Source: Pocillopora damicornis (lineage: Eukaryota). Taken from it: a stretch of 64,000 bases of DNA. Every line of letters begins with the position of its first letter. Within the stretch, counting starts at the first letter, position 1. The DNA lies in contig NW_020844463.1 in NCBI RefSeq assembly GCF_003704095.1, positions 62,001-126,000 on the forward strand. The letters are read 5' to 3'. This document shows positions 11,901 to 24,634 of the stretch, piece by piece. Under the pieces are notes generated by a model. It ran no database searches, was not told the origin of the DNA, and saw only the letters and a program-made list of their open reading frames with translations. The translations under genes were made by a program, and so were the position numbers.

Positions 11901-14900
11901 CTTATTCATGAGAATCTGTTTACATAAATCTGCACAGCCTAGCGCCTGGTTCCGTGAATGAAAGTGCGAGAAGAGAGGACGAAAGAAAAAAAGGCGGTGC
12001 TAATTTATGATAACATCGGGTCGGGCGGGAAATATTGGCTCTACACCTCTGGACCACGAGCCACTGAATGTTTTACCTTCAGGCCCTCTCACTTAATCAA
12101 AGAAGCAAAGAAACAAAGCTCTACCGTGTTAACCAGATATGAACAATGGCTACGAACACACTCTCCAAAATCAATTGTTTTTATGCGCATATTTGCACGG
12201 TAAGCGTGTCATACCATTAGCGTGCGAGCGCGTTATAACGTGCCGTGTGCGTGCGTTTACCTTATTCTCTGAAGCCCCGCGGAGGGTGACATATTCTTAA
12301 TCGTAGACCCCGTATTTAACATTGAATTTTTTTTTTGAAAGTTTTAGCTGGAATAGACTTCAGCGCGCCTCACTAGAAATCATACTACCAGCCAGGCACA
12401 ACTTTATGAAAACTGTTGTCCCTTGATTGTTCACTAAGCAGTCGAAACCCCTCTATTTATTCGCATGTGTTTCAATCTATTCCCAGTTGTCTGTAAAAGC
12501 GCTTTCCCTGCCTCAGCAAGCAAAATCAACTTTTGTTATTTTTTTTCATTTTCTTTTCATCATGAAAGATCTTTAATCGTTATTATTTTTTTGCCAGGGC
12601 CTTGTCAACGTAACAAATGGAAACGCGGCAATCCCAACGGCTTACAGGTCTCCTACTTCTATTCGATTTCTAAGAATTCAGCCTACTTCTTGGCACAAAG
12701 GAAGTGCTCTTCGAATTGAAGTTTATGGCTGTTACATAAATGAGACAGCACCCACAAAAGGTAGGTTTCTTGATCCATTAGACTGTTGTTTACTTAGCCT
12801 CTGATTTTGCAGTAAAGGTGCATAAAAATTGTAGGATGAAAATTTATCTTTGTACGGAACATTTAAAACAAAGATATGTTTGGAGACGTACACGTGCCTA
12901 TACTGGTCAAGCCTAGAACTTTCGTCACAGACCGTCTGAGGCAATAGAGCAGAAGATTTTTCTCGAAACACAGTTTAGTCTTTGAACAATTGCCTAACAT
13001 TAGAAGACGATATACCTGTTCAGTTAAGAAATATCCATTTAAGAAATATCACGCATGTCTTTGAGAAATTTCACGTCACGTTCGCTCTCTCTTATCTTTA
13101 GTAACTCTCTTGGCCGGCGCATCAGAGCACGTGCGGTTACCTAACAGTGAATTAGCACAATTGGACTATCATTTTACGTGTAACTATAGTTATAGTTGGG
13201 TGGTTAGTCAAGACCACTAAAGTTTGGGACCAACGGCCTTTAATTCCACTCTTGAATTGTATAATTATTCAAATCGTTTCATCTGACAGCTTAAATGTCC
13301 AATGCCACTTTTAACATAAAGTATGTCAATTAGCAACACGCTAACTTTGTGAAAGTGAGAAAACATCTTTGAAAAAAATTTGAATCCTTTTTTTTAGGAA
13401 CACAATCCGTGCTGCGCATGCTCTGAGGCTGTCCTAGCGGCGGGAGAATAGTCAATGATGCTCAAATTCTAAAAGCATCCTGTATGCAGACAGATTGAAG
13501 AAAAAACTAAAGTTCTAAGTTCTGCCGTTGAAATGTTACTTGTTTCAGAGTTCCCTGCACTTGGAGTGGAGAAGCAGCTAATAACAGATACTCAGATGAC
13601 TGCTTCCTCCAAAGCTGATCTGCCAAAGTTGAATGCTTCTAGTGGCCGATTGAACTTCAACAGCGCTTGGTGCTCAGCAAACTCCAATGAGCTACCGCTC
13701 TTTTTACAAATTGATCTTCATGAAATCCACATAATTACAGCGGTAGTATAAAAGTGAATGATTTGCAGTCTCAAGGTTACCGTGAGTTACTGATCGTTCT
13801 TTGAGAGCGACACAGTTCCTTACGATGTTATTCACTTTTGTCACGAAAATACAATGTAATCGAAATTCAGAGCTGCTGATCTACACCCTCGTGCTCCACC
13901 ACTGAGTTTCACAAAATCGATGGTTAGGCAAATCAATACATGGTTTATGTGTTATAAGCGTCCTGTACGTTGCCATTCCTGAACGAAATGTTCCTTTCAT
14001 TACTTCCTTCTTTGTATCCGAATATCTCGTCGTATTTTATGGAATTTACCATCTTCCCAAACAGCTTTGAGTAACGGCAACCAAAGCAAAACAGGAGGAA
14101 AAGTCTTAATGCATTGTTTTATTTCTTCAAATTGTAGGTCGCTACCCAGCCACGGCATTCAAATATCGGTAATGTTCAAAGCGTGACAAAATACAACTTG
14201 AACTACTCAGAGGATGGAGCCAATTGGAGAATATATCAACATAATGGGAAGGACAAGGTATTTTTTTTCTTCATTTTACAAATTTCAGGACAAAGTTATA
14301 AATGTCACCAACCTGCAGGTGGGAAAATTTCCAGAGATGCACTAATATAGCATTCCAATCAAAAGGAGTAGCAATAATCCTTGGGCTCCAACTTTTAAAA
14401 ACCGAGGAAGGCGTTAATTTAAGAGGGGGTGAATAGGGGTATTCAAATCCGCCGATCCGCTACAATTTGATAACCAAATCCGTCAATCCGTTAAAAAAAT
14501 CGTAAAATCCGAATCCGTTTGCTAATTGCGCACTCCGCTTAAATCTGTCCATTATTGTAGGTATATTGATTCTACTTACTTAACAGCTTATCGGTTTCGT
14601 TTAATATTGATGGCATTTCAAGTTCCAACTGCTTGTCAGTGTCAGTAGTGTATCTTTCTTGACGTCCAGATACACGAGAACCCCTGTTGAGCTTGATGGC
14701 AATATTTTCACCCAAACCAAGCTCTTTTGCCGTGGAGTCCAATGCAGCAAACTCACTAAATAAAATTAGAAAGCGACATTTTATAAGGCAATTTAAGTAC
14801 CAATAGGCTTTAGAGACCTTTCAATCAATTTTTATTAGCCACAAAATTACTGCTTTGCCTGTTAAAAGTTTTCATAAATTAAAAACTTACCACACGTTTT

Positions 14901-17900
14901 TACAAAGCTAGAAGCTTGGTCACACTTTTCTAAGTGTCGGAATCCACTTGGCAGCGAATTTTTTTTTTGTTAATGTAATCATAGCCTTTGGCCCCTTCAT
15001 TGTAAAAAGAATGCAACGCATTCTATTGTCGTCAATTCCATTAATACCTACTGAACACGAACAGAGAACTAAGTGAAATCGATGTCAATATACCAGCATG
15101 GTCGGCATGTACCACGCGGTTCGTTCAAAGGTCGGCAAACAGTGCTTTAGAAATGTACTTAAAATGCGTTCAAGTCAGAGGTCATCTTTCAGATCACATA
15201 CCAAATATACTCTGCGAAAAACTACCGGGAAAACTGGACAGTAACAGCGCCAAAGACCATAGCTTTCCAATCGAGCCAATCGCAACCAGAGCGATACAGT
15301 GTCACGGATAAGAGCGTGAACACAGCGCATGTCCCGCTGGCAACATGTCACGGTGTCCTGCTGGCCATAGTGCGTTATTATTTCCCTGATGCGTGACATT
15401 CACCCTCCTCATTTAAATGTATGAACGACGATATTTACGATACTCACCTTCTGGTTCTCACCTAACAGTTTCGTTGTTGTTATTGATCTTCAGAAGTTCC
15501 TTGGAAACCTAGTTGAAGATATCGCTACTAAAACTCACCTGCCAATTCCGGTGAAGGCGCGACTAATTCGATTTCTACCTCTTGGAATGATGTCTTCTAC
15601 ATGTATGCGAGTTGAAGTATATGGAGAAAAATCTTCCACGGAAAGTACAGGTAAATGGTCTTCAAAAAAGTGAATGTTATGAAATCTATTTTTCTGAAAG
15701 GCAAAGGAAAAGAATGCTACTTAATATTCTTAATGATATTTTTGGCCCTCAGTTACGTTTTCGTTGCTTTTTTGTTTCGTCTAGAGTTTGCAAACCTAGA
15801 CTGAGCTTAGTTCCATCTACCAACTTCTGCTCGTCCAATATCATTTGCTTCTCTTCTCGTTAACAAGCTATCCCTTGATTTGTCTCTAATTTACCTTAAA
15901 CTATCGATATTTTCAATTCCACAACAGACTTTGTCAATGCTTTCAAGTTGCCTCCCGGGTTACCAATCTATTTCCTTAAGTTTGCAGGATTTTTTTAAAT
16001 GTATTATGTTCTAGGAAGAGACAACAACGACTTAGGTGTTAGGAATAATATTTCCCACATGATTTACACTGACTTGTTTATATGACTGGTACAAAAAGCC
16101 TTTATTTTTACCTAGACGCTACTCCAGTTTGCCTCGCCCCTCAAGATGTGGCTTGGTAGCTCAGTTAGCACGGTAGCACCCAATTAACATTTGGGAGGCC
16201 TAGGTTCTAGCCCCTTTGAAGGCTAATTTAGTTGCGAATCAATTCCATCTATTCCATCAATTCCAATTACATACCTTTAGGAATGAAATTACAACTTTCC
16301 CGCACCTCCAAAAAAGTGAAGTATACATATAGAAAAATAGATCAAAAGATCCTTTTTTATGATATGAACATGTTCTATATCTTTTTGAAGGAAAGCCTCC
16401 AGTCTATCAACGAAGTATTCTTCTAGATGATAAAAACAAAATGCTTTTCTTATGTAACAAAGAATTTTTAAGGTACGTAGGTAACAGACGGAATATTCCT
16501 ACTTAGGGTCGCAAATTTTAAACAACAGTATTAGCACGATTAAATCGATTTCATGTCCCTTTCGAGAATCATCCAAACTCCCACAGTATTTGCCGTATCG
16601 GACAGACTCTTGAAATATGTGACATTTTGTCACTTGATGCCGGAGAATGAGAAGCAGCCCCAGGTGATATTGAACCAGAGAAATAATGTCAGAAGATGTT
16701 ATTTTTATTATTTTGATCTTTTACTTGTCTTACAGAAGGTACCATCCCAGCATAAAAATCTACATATAAATCATGTTATGGTCATTTTGGTAGGAAATCC
16801 CGTATAGCTATTGTGCATGTATAACCTAACCTATTGATGTTCAATGAGTTTTAGACGCCTTTTCGTAAAGTGAGAGTAAACTGAGCCAAGACGGTAACAA
16901 ATGCATCTTTTGATTGTAATCAAAATTTCCTTTTTCCTGAATTAACGTGATTAAATCGCCCCTTGTGCCCACACAGGATCAAGGCGGTATGCTTTATCAG
17001 GAGATATTTAAAGGACGAAAGTTGGATTGGTAAGCTGACGTAACTAATCCTTATTCTATCCTTTGCAGTGGTACAGGCGTCTTCTCTTCCTCTTTTTAGT
17101 CCCTCTTAATGTCTTCTTTCTTTTCCTAACCTCATCGCTCCCGTGCCAGGCGGGAGACATCCACCGTCCTCCCCTTCCTTTCTCGATCCTGGGCTTCGAC
17201 TTACATTTATGTTCCGCTGACCTCCCCTACTTAGTGTTCAGTTGTTTGTTATTTTGGCTTATTTGCTTGTTTGTTTGCCTTTTTTTAATTTTTTTTTACC
17301 TTCCCATTCCCTTTCGACACACGAGAGAGGCCTGTTTGATTACACTATGGCGTGGTATCATCTAAGGCGGACACATTTTATTTCTTTTCTTTTTGTTTTG
17401 AACCAGAAAGCCCTCTGTGTCTTTACTCCCAGCGTCTTCATCGATAACGATATTAAGTCAATTCACTCTAGGGAAAAACCGTAGTCTTCTTCTTTGTCAA
17501 AAATACAATATTCAAGAAAAGACATGAAATCGGAAGAATGAGTCTATTTTAACTGTTTATAGACTCCGTCCTAACTGCGAGCCTGCTCCCCTACCAGATC
17601 ACCACTATTGAAATTAGTTGCTCTCACCCTTACCAGCTCGCCCTCGGTTCGAGGTGAATTTTATTTATTTTTTTCAGCCTTGGACAGACGCATTGTCAGC
17701 ATTCTTGGTTATGATCAAAATGAAGACGTTATCTATGGCGTGGCCAGGAACAGAAGATCATACTTACGATGTAACGTTACCAAGTGTGCTGCTATTCCAA
17801 GTGAAGTCTGGTTAAGGTTGAGGGATTTGTCAACCACAATCTTATCCACAGAGATTGCTTTTGTTCCGGAGACAGGCCATGATTTTACTGATACTCCAAT

Positions 17901-20079
17901 TTCTGGATGCAAACTGGTTGATAACGACGGCAATAAATGGGGAGGTGTTTAAAGCTCATAATCATCATCTTTGGAGCGTCTTAATGTCTAGGATCTCTTT
18001 AAAAAATATATAGTTCATCTAAGTTGCAAATAATGAGAAACACTCTATGCTACAAGGTTTTTCTATCTACCATTCAGGACATATGAAAAAGTTGGAGGAG
18101 GGGGAAAAGGGGGTGGCGGGTAGGGAGGTCTCCATTTTCACCACCAGATTGGTGGTTTATTTTGTGCCACTCTTCGTCTCTTCAGATCTCGAAAGGAGGA
18201 GTCAGGTGACAATTAAAAGACTTCTAATTTGTCTTGCCGGTTTGCATTTTTTCAGTTAGGATCTATCAATCTTCCTTAAACTAGCGATGGTCCAACTTTA
18301 TTCTAATTATCGATTGTCCTTTTCATTCTAATTTTTTTTTAACTTACAGCTTCAGCAGTGGGTATTCATTTCTTCAAAGGGGAACAGCAAACACGGAAAT
18401 TGATGGCCCATTGGCGGGCTAGGGGTAAGAGGTTTTTTTACTTATATTTATTTTCATTTTTATAACATGATTTGTCCTGTTTTAAATCGAGAAATCAACA
18501 ATGGAAACAAACAAATTGAGAGTTGGTTTAACGATGAAATGGAACGACGGAAACGAAGGACAAATGCGCGGAGAAGACAAAATATTGACAGATGCGTTTG
18601 ACCACTTAACTACTATCTAGTTTTTGTTTTTGGTTTTTTTTTTTTTTTGTAGATTCAACTACATTGTTAAAAACAGAGACTGCCTTGCAAAGAATTAAAA
18701 AAACTAAAAAGATTAGAAACAACTGATTATTCACTGCTTTTGTTGTCAGATCTAAACAAATGTTACAGTGGACCTTGTGATAATGGCGGTTCTTGTGTTG
18801 GGAATAAAAATGAATACACTTGCATCTGCCTCAGCGATTGGGCAGGAAAGAACTGTGAAACCAAGTGTGAGTGCCCTCTTGAACATTGTTATCGTGATCA
18901 ACAATGAGAATGATTTAAATTGCATCTCATTTATACGATATTGATTGATTAGAGGCATCCATCCATCCATACATTCGAGTGGCTAAGCTTTCTTCTGTTT
19001 GTTCGTTCGTTCATTAAATATCCTGTCTTGATACCTTGCTTATTTTCTTGCTTGCACGTTTGGTTTATTATATTTTGTTCTTTTCCAAATTAATTCGAAT
19101 CACTCTCACACACGCCAAACGGTGGCTTATATTTCAGGTCAAACACAATTTTAAACTTTTTCCACTTCTTGAATTGTTAAAAGTTTTATTAAACTTTATC
19201 CCATGCATTTTTTCTTCTGTGTAGTTGTTGTCCCTCAAGTTGAGGTGACGAAGTCCACCTGCAATTCAACCACGAACAAAGTGGAAACGGGAACAATCAA
19301 CACTCCAGAATATCCCAAGGACTATGGCAGTAATAGTCGTTGTGAATGGCTTATTACCTCATCACATCGGATTAGACTGGTTTTTAATTACTTTTTCGTG
19401 GAGAATGGTTGGGATTATTTCCATGTTTACGAGGGAAAATCTACCAGTTCCAAACGGATTGGCAAGCTTACTGGAGGTCATACTAACAAAGTCATCAAAA
19501 GTTCTGAAAATTACCTTTATCTAAAGTTCACCTCCGATTCAGTAATCAACAAAAAAGGATTCTTGATAGCTTATGAAGGTAACTCAGTTACATCATTGAT
19601 ACTGTTACTATTATAGGTGTACTTTTTATTAGTGAACATCTTAATTTCCTCGAAGTCTTTCAAATTGTCTGTTTGTGTGGCTCACTTCTCGCCTTTCCTT
19701 TTTTCGGTTTTGTTCAAATTTGTGACATAATATCATTCTTATCTTACAGGCATAATTTAACAGAGTCTTAACAAGACTCTGCCGTCTTGTCGAGGAAGGG
19801 GGGAGATGAAGGCCACTGTCATCGCTCAACCGGGAGACTGTAACAGACATTTGAGATTTGATTTGCCCTAACCTCAAAACCCTTAATGAAAGATTAGAAA
19901 GATCAAGAATTTTTCCTTGAGTCCATTTCACTCGATTCATTTTTTAACTTTATACAGTATCTGAAATCTGCCTCTTCACACATCTGCATAAATTTTGCTC
20001 GATAGATTCCACTTCCTCCGTGTTCGAAGTCACTCTTATATACAAAGTTTCCATGCTGTCAGTCAGTATGCTAATTTAA
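8918..20079 (+). CDS. Secreted multidomain protein: unassigned Ig-like domain + 2x F5/8 type C (discoidin) + unassigned domain + EGF + CUB, about 810-850 aa
   Basis: Phase-consistent GT-AG exons: 8918-8974, 9439-9515, 9945-10110, 10419-10635, 11207-11430, 11637-11741, 12598-12760, 13549-13742, 14138-14257, 15494-15650, 16391-16472, 16977-17029, 17678-17944, 18350-18424, 18750-18866, 19225-19578. The last exon is uncertain: 19958-20079 (AATAAA at about 20096) or 19750-19760. Signal peptide MEIRFVVIHLLMWCIIYLKGISIA. F5/8C motifs CVQPLGM..ARL..SLDG.EW..RFLRIQPTSW..LRIEVYGC and ALGV..MTASS..AWC..LQIDL..YSEDG.NW..CMRVEVYG. EGF CYSGPCDNGGSC. CUB GTINTPEYP..CEWLI..FTSD..GF. Confidence 0.85.
14423..15410. 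mobile_element. Non-autonomous TIR DNA transposon, 988 bp, 6-bp TSD
   Basis: TIRs GAGGGGGTGAAT / ATTCACCCTCCTC (one extra base), flanked on both sides by ATTTAA (14417-14422 and 15411-15416). Several subterminal AATCCG repeats at the left end. Confidence 0.6.
16150..16230 (+). mobile_element. Degenerate tRNA-derived SINE head
   Basis: A-box-like TAGCTCAGTTAG and B-box-like GGTTCTAGCCC at tRNA spacing; no intact cloverleaf. Confidence 0.4.
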
Positions 20080-20787
20080 ATCGGACTTTCAGGCCAATAA
20101 AAAGCTTCTTTCGGACTCATCGGAAATCACTCTCGTGCGATATACTTAACCTGTGAATAATCTCCCTAAAATGAGATCATCCAAGAGTCAAGACTGCAAG
20201 GTTGTCAGTCTCTTCCCCAACTAATTTCCTCTTGCTCATAATGCACCACAGCATCAACACTTGTTGTTAACAATCAAATCCAATCATCAATTAAAAGTGG
20301 AAGTATTTGCCATTTTGGGCTTGGTTAAGAATTTCCTTCCATTTACAAATTCCCGACTAGTAAAGTTCTCATTTCCGGTTAAATTGCTTTCATCAAAGTT
20401 CCTTACGGTGGAATGGATTCGGAAGAACAACACTATTTAAAGCTTGAGCCTGAGTATTTAATGCCATCCTTGGTAACAGAAACTGAACTAAAATGAAATC
20501 ATTATTAATATTAATATTATGGTTATCAACCCAAAACTAGACAAAAGCTATCAAAAATCTTATAGGTGCATTTATTAAATAATTATACAAACATACTCCG
20601 CCGTGAGGGATTCGCCAGACAGTTCGTTCATATTGGAATCATCCTGCAAATGTTTAATTTTTCCGATTTAATATGTGTCCATATAATGATATTGCTAAAT
20701 CTCTAAAGACAAAGGCTAACTTCCTATCTACTGAAGACTTTCTATTATGTAGCCTTTTAGTATTACGTGTCAGTGCAACTCATGCCA

Positions 20788-23568
20788 TCAAGGAATGATA
20801 GAGGAACACTCTACGCTGACATCCCCAGAGTGATCACAATTGTAATCGTTATGGCTGCACTCGTAGATATGAGATTCATTCCCTGTGCATTCCAAACTAT
20901 GAATCCATATCTGACCTGATCCTTGACCATGCGTGGCGCTGCTAAAGGCTTTAATGGCTGAAGGGAAACCAAGCTGTCTGCAGATCACGTGAGCGTCGTT
21001 AATGTCCCAGCCGTCGTCAGAGATTGTTCCCCATTGGCCGTCAGCGAAAACTTTCACCCTTCCAGTTAATGACGTGTTACCAATAAGGCGGATCTCGTTT
21101 ACAACTGAATCACAGCGAAAAAAAAAGTTAGGAAGAGTTTGAAACTGAAGGGTGTAATCGTTCTTGCCAAATCGATTGGATATTCTTTGACAACGCCCAA
21201 GGACAGATATGAATACAAGTTTAACTATAGTCCCCTTTTAACATTTAAGCGGTCCTTGATACGAAGAGAGCAGATTTAGATAGCTCATGTTAGCTGGACT
21301 GCTGAATTGAATTGCATATCCAGGCTTCGTAAACATTCTAAAGCATAAACTACGACCGACGGAAAAATATAAAGTGGCATTTTTTTTTGGCGTTAAAAAT
21401 TACGCTTACCACGGTAACTTGCCCCAAACCCTGGTTTCCTGACGCTGAGGTCACTTGTAAAAGTGATGAAGAGTTGGTTTGATGAACTTGTAACGACTGG
21501 AGGCAGAGAGGTTCCATGATATCGCCCAATCAATGGAGATGATGAAGATCTGCCATCGTACACGTTTACGAAGTCGTACCACCACTCAGTGTCGAATTTG
21601 AAGAATGTAAGCATAATGTTGTTGTCCGAAAGGAGACTCCAACTGCAATTCATACGGTTAGAGTAGTGCTGAGCTTTGTTTGAATACAGTATGCCACTCG
21701 AACCGGAAAGAACAGTCGAAGAGTTGGCGCATGAACTTGAAACGGTCACAAATGACTGTACTTGAACTGTTAGGGAATATAAATAACGCATTGATAATAA
21801 CTGCCGAGACAGAAAACCAAATTTATTGAGAGGAGATGAATAAATGTTTTGCATATAAATTACTGATGAGTTTTCAACCACTCCAAAATTTTTATGCGCC
21901 CTTTCTCTCTAAATTTTCCAGATCAAGCAATTGCTGCACCGAGAACATCAGCAGTTCTTTAATTTGGGATTCTAATTTTGACCACGCCAAGGTCAGGTTT
22001 CTATCAAAAATTGTGTATTTTGACTTCGTTGCTACCTTGTTCATTCAAAATAATTTCCATGGAAAACTTGTTCAAATGAACGAATATTTAATTTGGAATC
22101 AACCAAACAAAAGAATTATCGAGTAGTTTAAGTAAGTCTATTGGAGCGCACTTTCAGTTTGTTACAATGATCCTGACTCTCTTTGTTGTTCAACAATTTC
22201 GGTCCAACAGGTAAATATTTCACCTCATTGACCTGATGAATGTCGATTGAAAACACTGTCTGAGACCTTTTATCCTCGTGTTCTTGATAAGAGGTCGTGT
22301 ACATGGAATTGCTAAATCGGGACTAGAGCGAAGTTCAAACATTTTCCGCTGATAAGGAGGTATGTACGCGATTTTTTTTTCTTCATCGACTTTTCCAGAA
22401 CTCTATATTAAGCACTCAGCTTGATCTTTGAAGCTTTTTTTAAATGTTTAAGGCAGCGTGGCGTTATTGGTCCATAATGACTGTTATATCTAATTGGTAG
22501 CATTTGAATAAAAGATGTTACATGTCTGCGAATACGAAATTTATGAATTTATTTTCGTGAGATATCTACAGGAGGCGAAAATTTCGTGTCCATAGTCGAC
22601 ACAAGACCATCCGTTTATTTTTGAGGTTTTTAAATCAGGCATTTCTCAACCAAGATAAATCAGCTGCACGTAAAACTCAGATCACAAAATACCAAATCAA
22701 CATCGAACTTTAAAAAACATGTAAATAGCTCGTTCACAACATGTGGTGAAGATCTCTTGTGTTTTAAACAGTGCAGCCGGGTTCTTTTAAGCCTTAAATA
22801 TCTTTACAATGATTTTTTTTCGCTTTTAGTTTTGAAACATTTTGAAAAAGCAATCTGAGGTGAATATTTCCGGCTTTTGAAAATTCTCGAAAGATGTGGA
22901 AATTTGCAGAGAATATGTCAGTGCAATAAGCATTCATCCCCTGGATTAGAACCTGCACGTCTTACCTTCGGTCTCCATGTGACAATAAGCCAACACAGGT
23001 ATCTCGAGTATGCTGAAATCCAACCAGTATTTGCCGCTGACTGCTCTTCCTTCTTCACTCTTATTAATTTCCTTACATGATTTTGCGGGCAGATCAGGTA
23101 TGGAACCGAGAGAGACTGGTATTAAAAAAAATCACTTTCAAAGCGAATAACACTGGAAAAGTAAATAAATCAAATGAAAATCTGTAGAGAATGAGACTAA
23201 ATGGATAGCTCCAAAGTGGGACGAAAGCACCTAGTCTACTCACCTCTATTCTTGTCTCGCCTGAAATAGTACCTCTCAGAGTTTGGTATAAAATCTTCAG
23301 GTCTGGCCTCTTTTGTGCGGTTGCTTAATTCACACATATCTTGGGTGAAGACGTAGTTAAAGCTTTGACATCTGACGTCGCGATAACAATCCCGCAAACA
23401 CACATCACCGAAAACAGCTCCGGTAATCTTCTTGAAGATGTGTTTTTCTAACATCATCCCGAGGATGGACGCTTCTCTCTCTTCATTCAACTCCCCGATG
23501 GATAGTTGAAGGAAGAACTCAATCAAACCAAGAAAAATTAAGATGCGATAGAACTTCTCGAAATTCAT
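20788..23568 (-). CDS. Secreted PAN/apple + COLFI/fibrinogen-N-like minidomain + CUB + SRCR protein, 382 aa (cluster gene A)
   Basis: Exons 23568-23244, 23115-22966, 21766-21410, 21104-20788; all introns phase 1. ATG at 23568 begins signal peptide MNFEKFYRILIFLGLIEFFLQLSIG. PAN: CLRDCYRDVRCQSFNY..CELSN. Minidomain: LGSIPDLPAKSCKEI..SGKYWL..AYCHMETE. CUB: SGILYS..CSW..YDFVNVYDG..FTSD..GF. SRCR: IRLIG..GRVKV..WGTISDDGW..VICRQLG. Confidence 0.88.
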
Positions 23569-24634
23569 GTCGCTTCGCTCCTCCAACCTACAATATGTGC
23601 CACGGAGACCAATCTCCAGATGTTAGGTATAAGTTTTGAGACACGAAATATCACGCAGCGCATGAAATTTTAAACAGGTAATGATATGCTGGTCCCCAGG
23701 GAAGCCTCGCTGCTGAAAAAATTAAAAAGGAGCTTGCGAGCTTCTGCCGATGAACGGCGTGATGCATCATGCTATAGATAAAAAAAACAGGAAAATAATT
23801 TCGAACTTTTTGAGCAACTAAATGCTTCACCAGAAACCATTAAATTAGTCAGATATGCTCCTGAAGGAATAATAATAAAACGGTTACCCCCTGATACAGA
23901 TTCTCCTTTCTCTTGATATAAAGATAACGAGCTGCATCATGCATGATTATAAACAGGAGACTTATTAATTACCGAAATGTGAAAAATTTCTGACGATAAT
24001 TTCATTTTGAAAGGTAGGGACATAAAGGCCTTAGTACCTAGAACTTTAACAACAATATTGATTATGTTTTTCTAGTGTTCAATCCGAGGTGCGGTAATCG
24101 TTAAATTTAACTCTTGTTTGACTTTGGATAAATTCCTCATGAGGCCTGGTTACATGTTGGTAGCAGTAATTAACTGACGCCAGACCTACTGTAAAGAAGA
24201 AGAAAAATTTGCCGCCATTCCAGCTCGATAATCATTTATTTTTATTGACTTATTTGATTTTTTATCCGGCCTATCGCTATGTTTTTCGAATAGTGCCTCT
24301 TCTTAAACCAAAGGAATTCTATGTTACAACCTACTCGAAAATGGTCGAAAATGTAGACTTAAGCTTCCTTTGACATAAGACCAAACGACATAAATTTATT
24401 TACATAAATTGCAATCATTCTTTGTCTCGTCAAATTGCTTTTACAGAAAGTTTGTGTCGGTGAAAACGTGAGTACAAAAGAAGTCTTTGCAAAGTATTAT
24501 TACGATCATGATTGTTTTACAGTTTCTCGTGGAAATGAATTAAATGTAGCAAGAACTGTTGTCAAAGGTATAAAAAAGAAAAAGAAACGAAAATGGGAAA
24601 ACGACAAAACAAATTTAGTTTTATTGTATAAATC

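Noticed and set aside
16736-16789. Extra exon with good acceptor and donor in the discoidin gene
   Set aside because: It is open only in phase 0, whereas the flanking intron is phase 2, so inclusion gives a stop.
18653-18726. Alternative terminal exon (DSTTLLKTETALQRIKKTKKIRNN*) that would drop EGF-CUB
   Set aside because: The acceptor is strong, but the peptide is low-complexity and there is no independent support; it needs RNA-seq.
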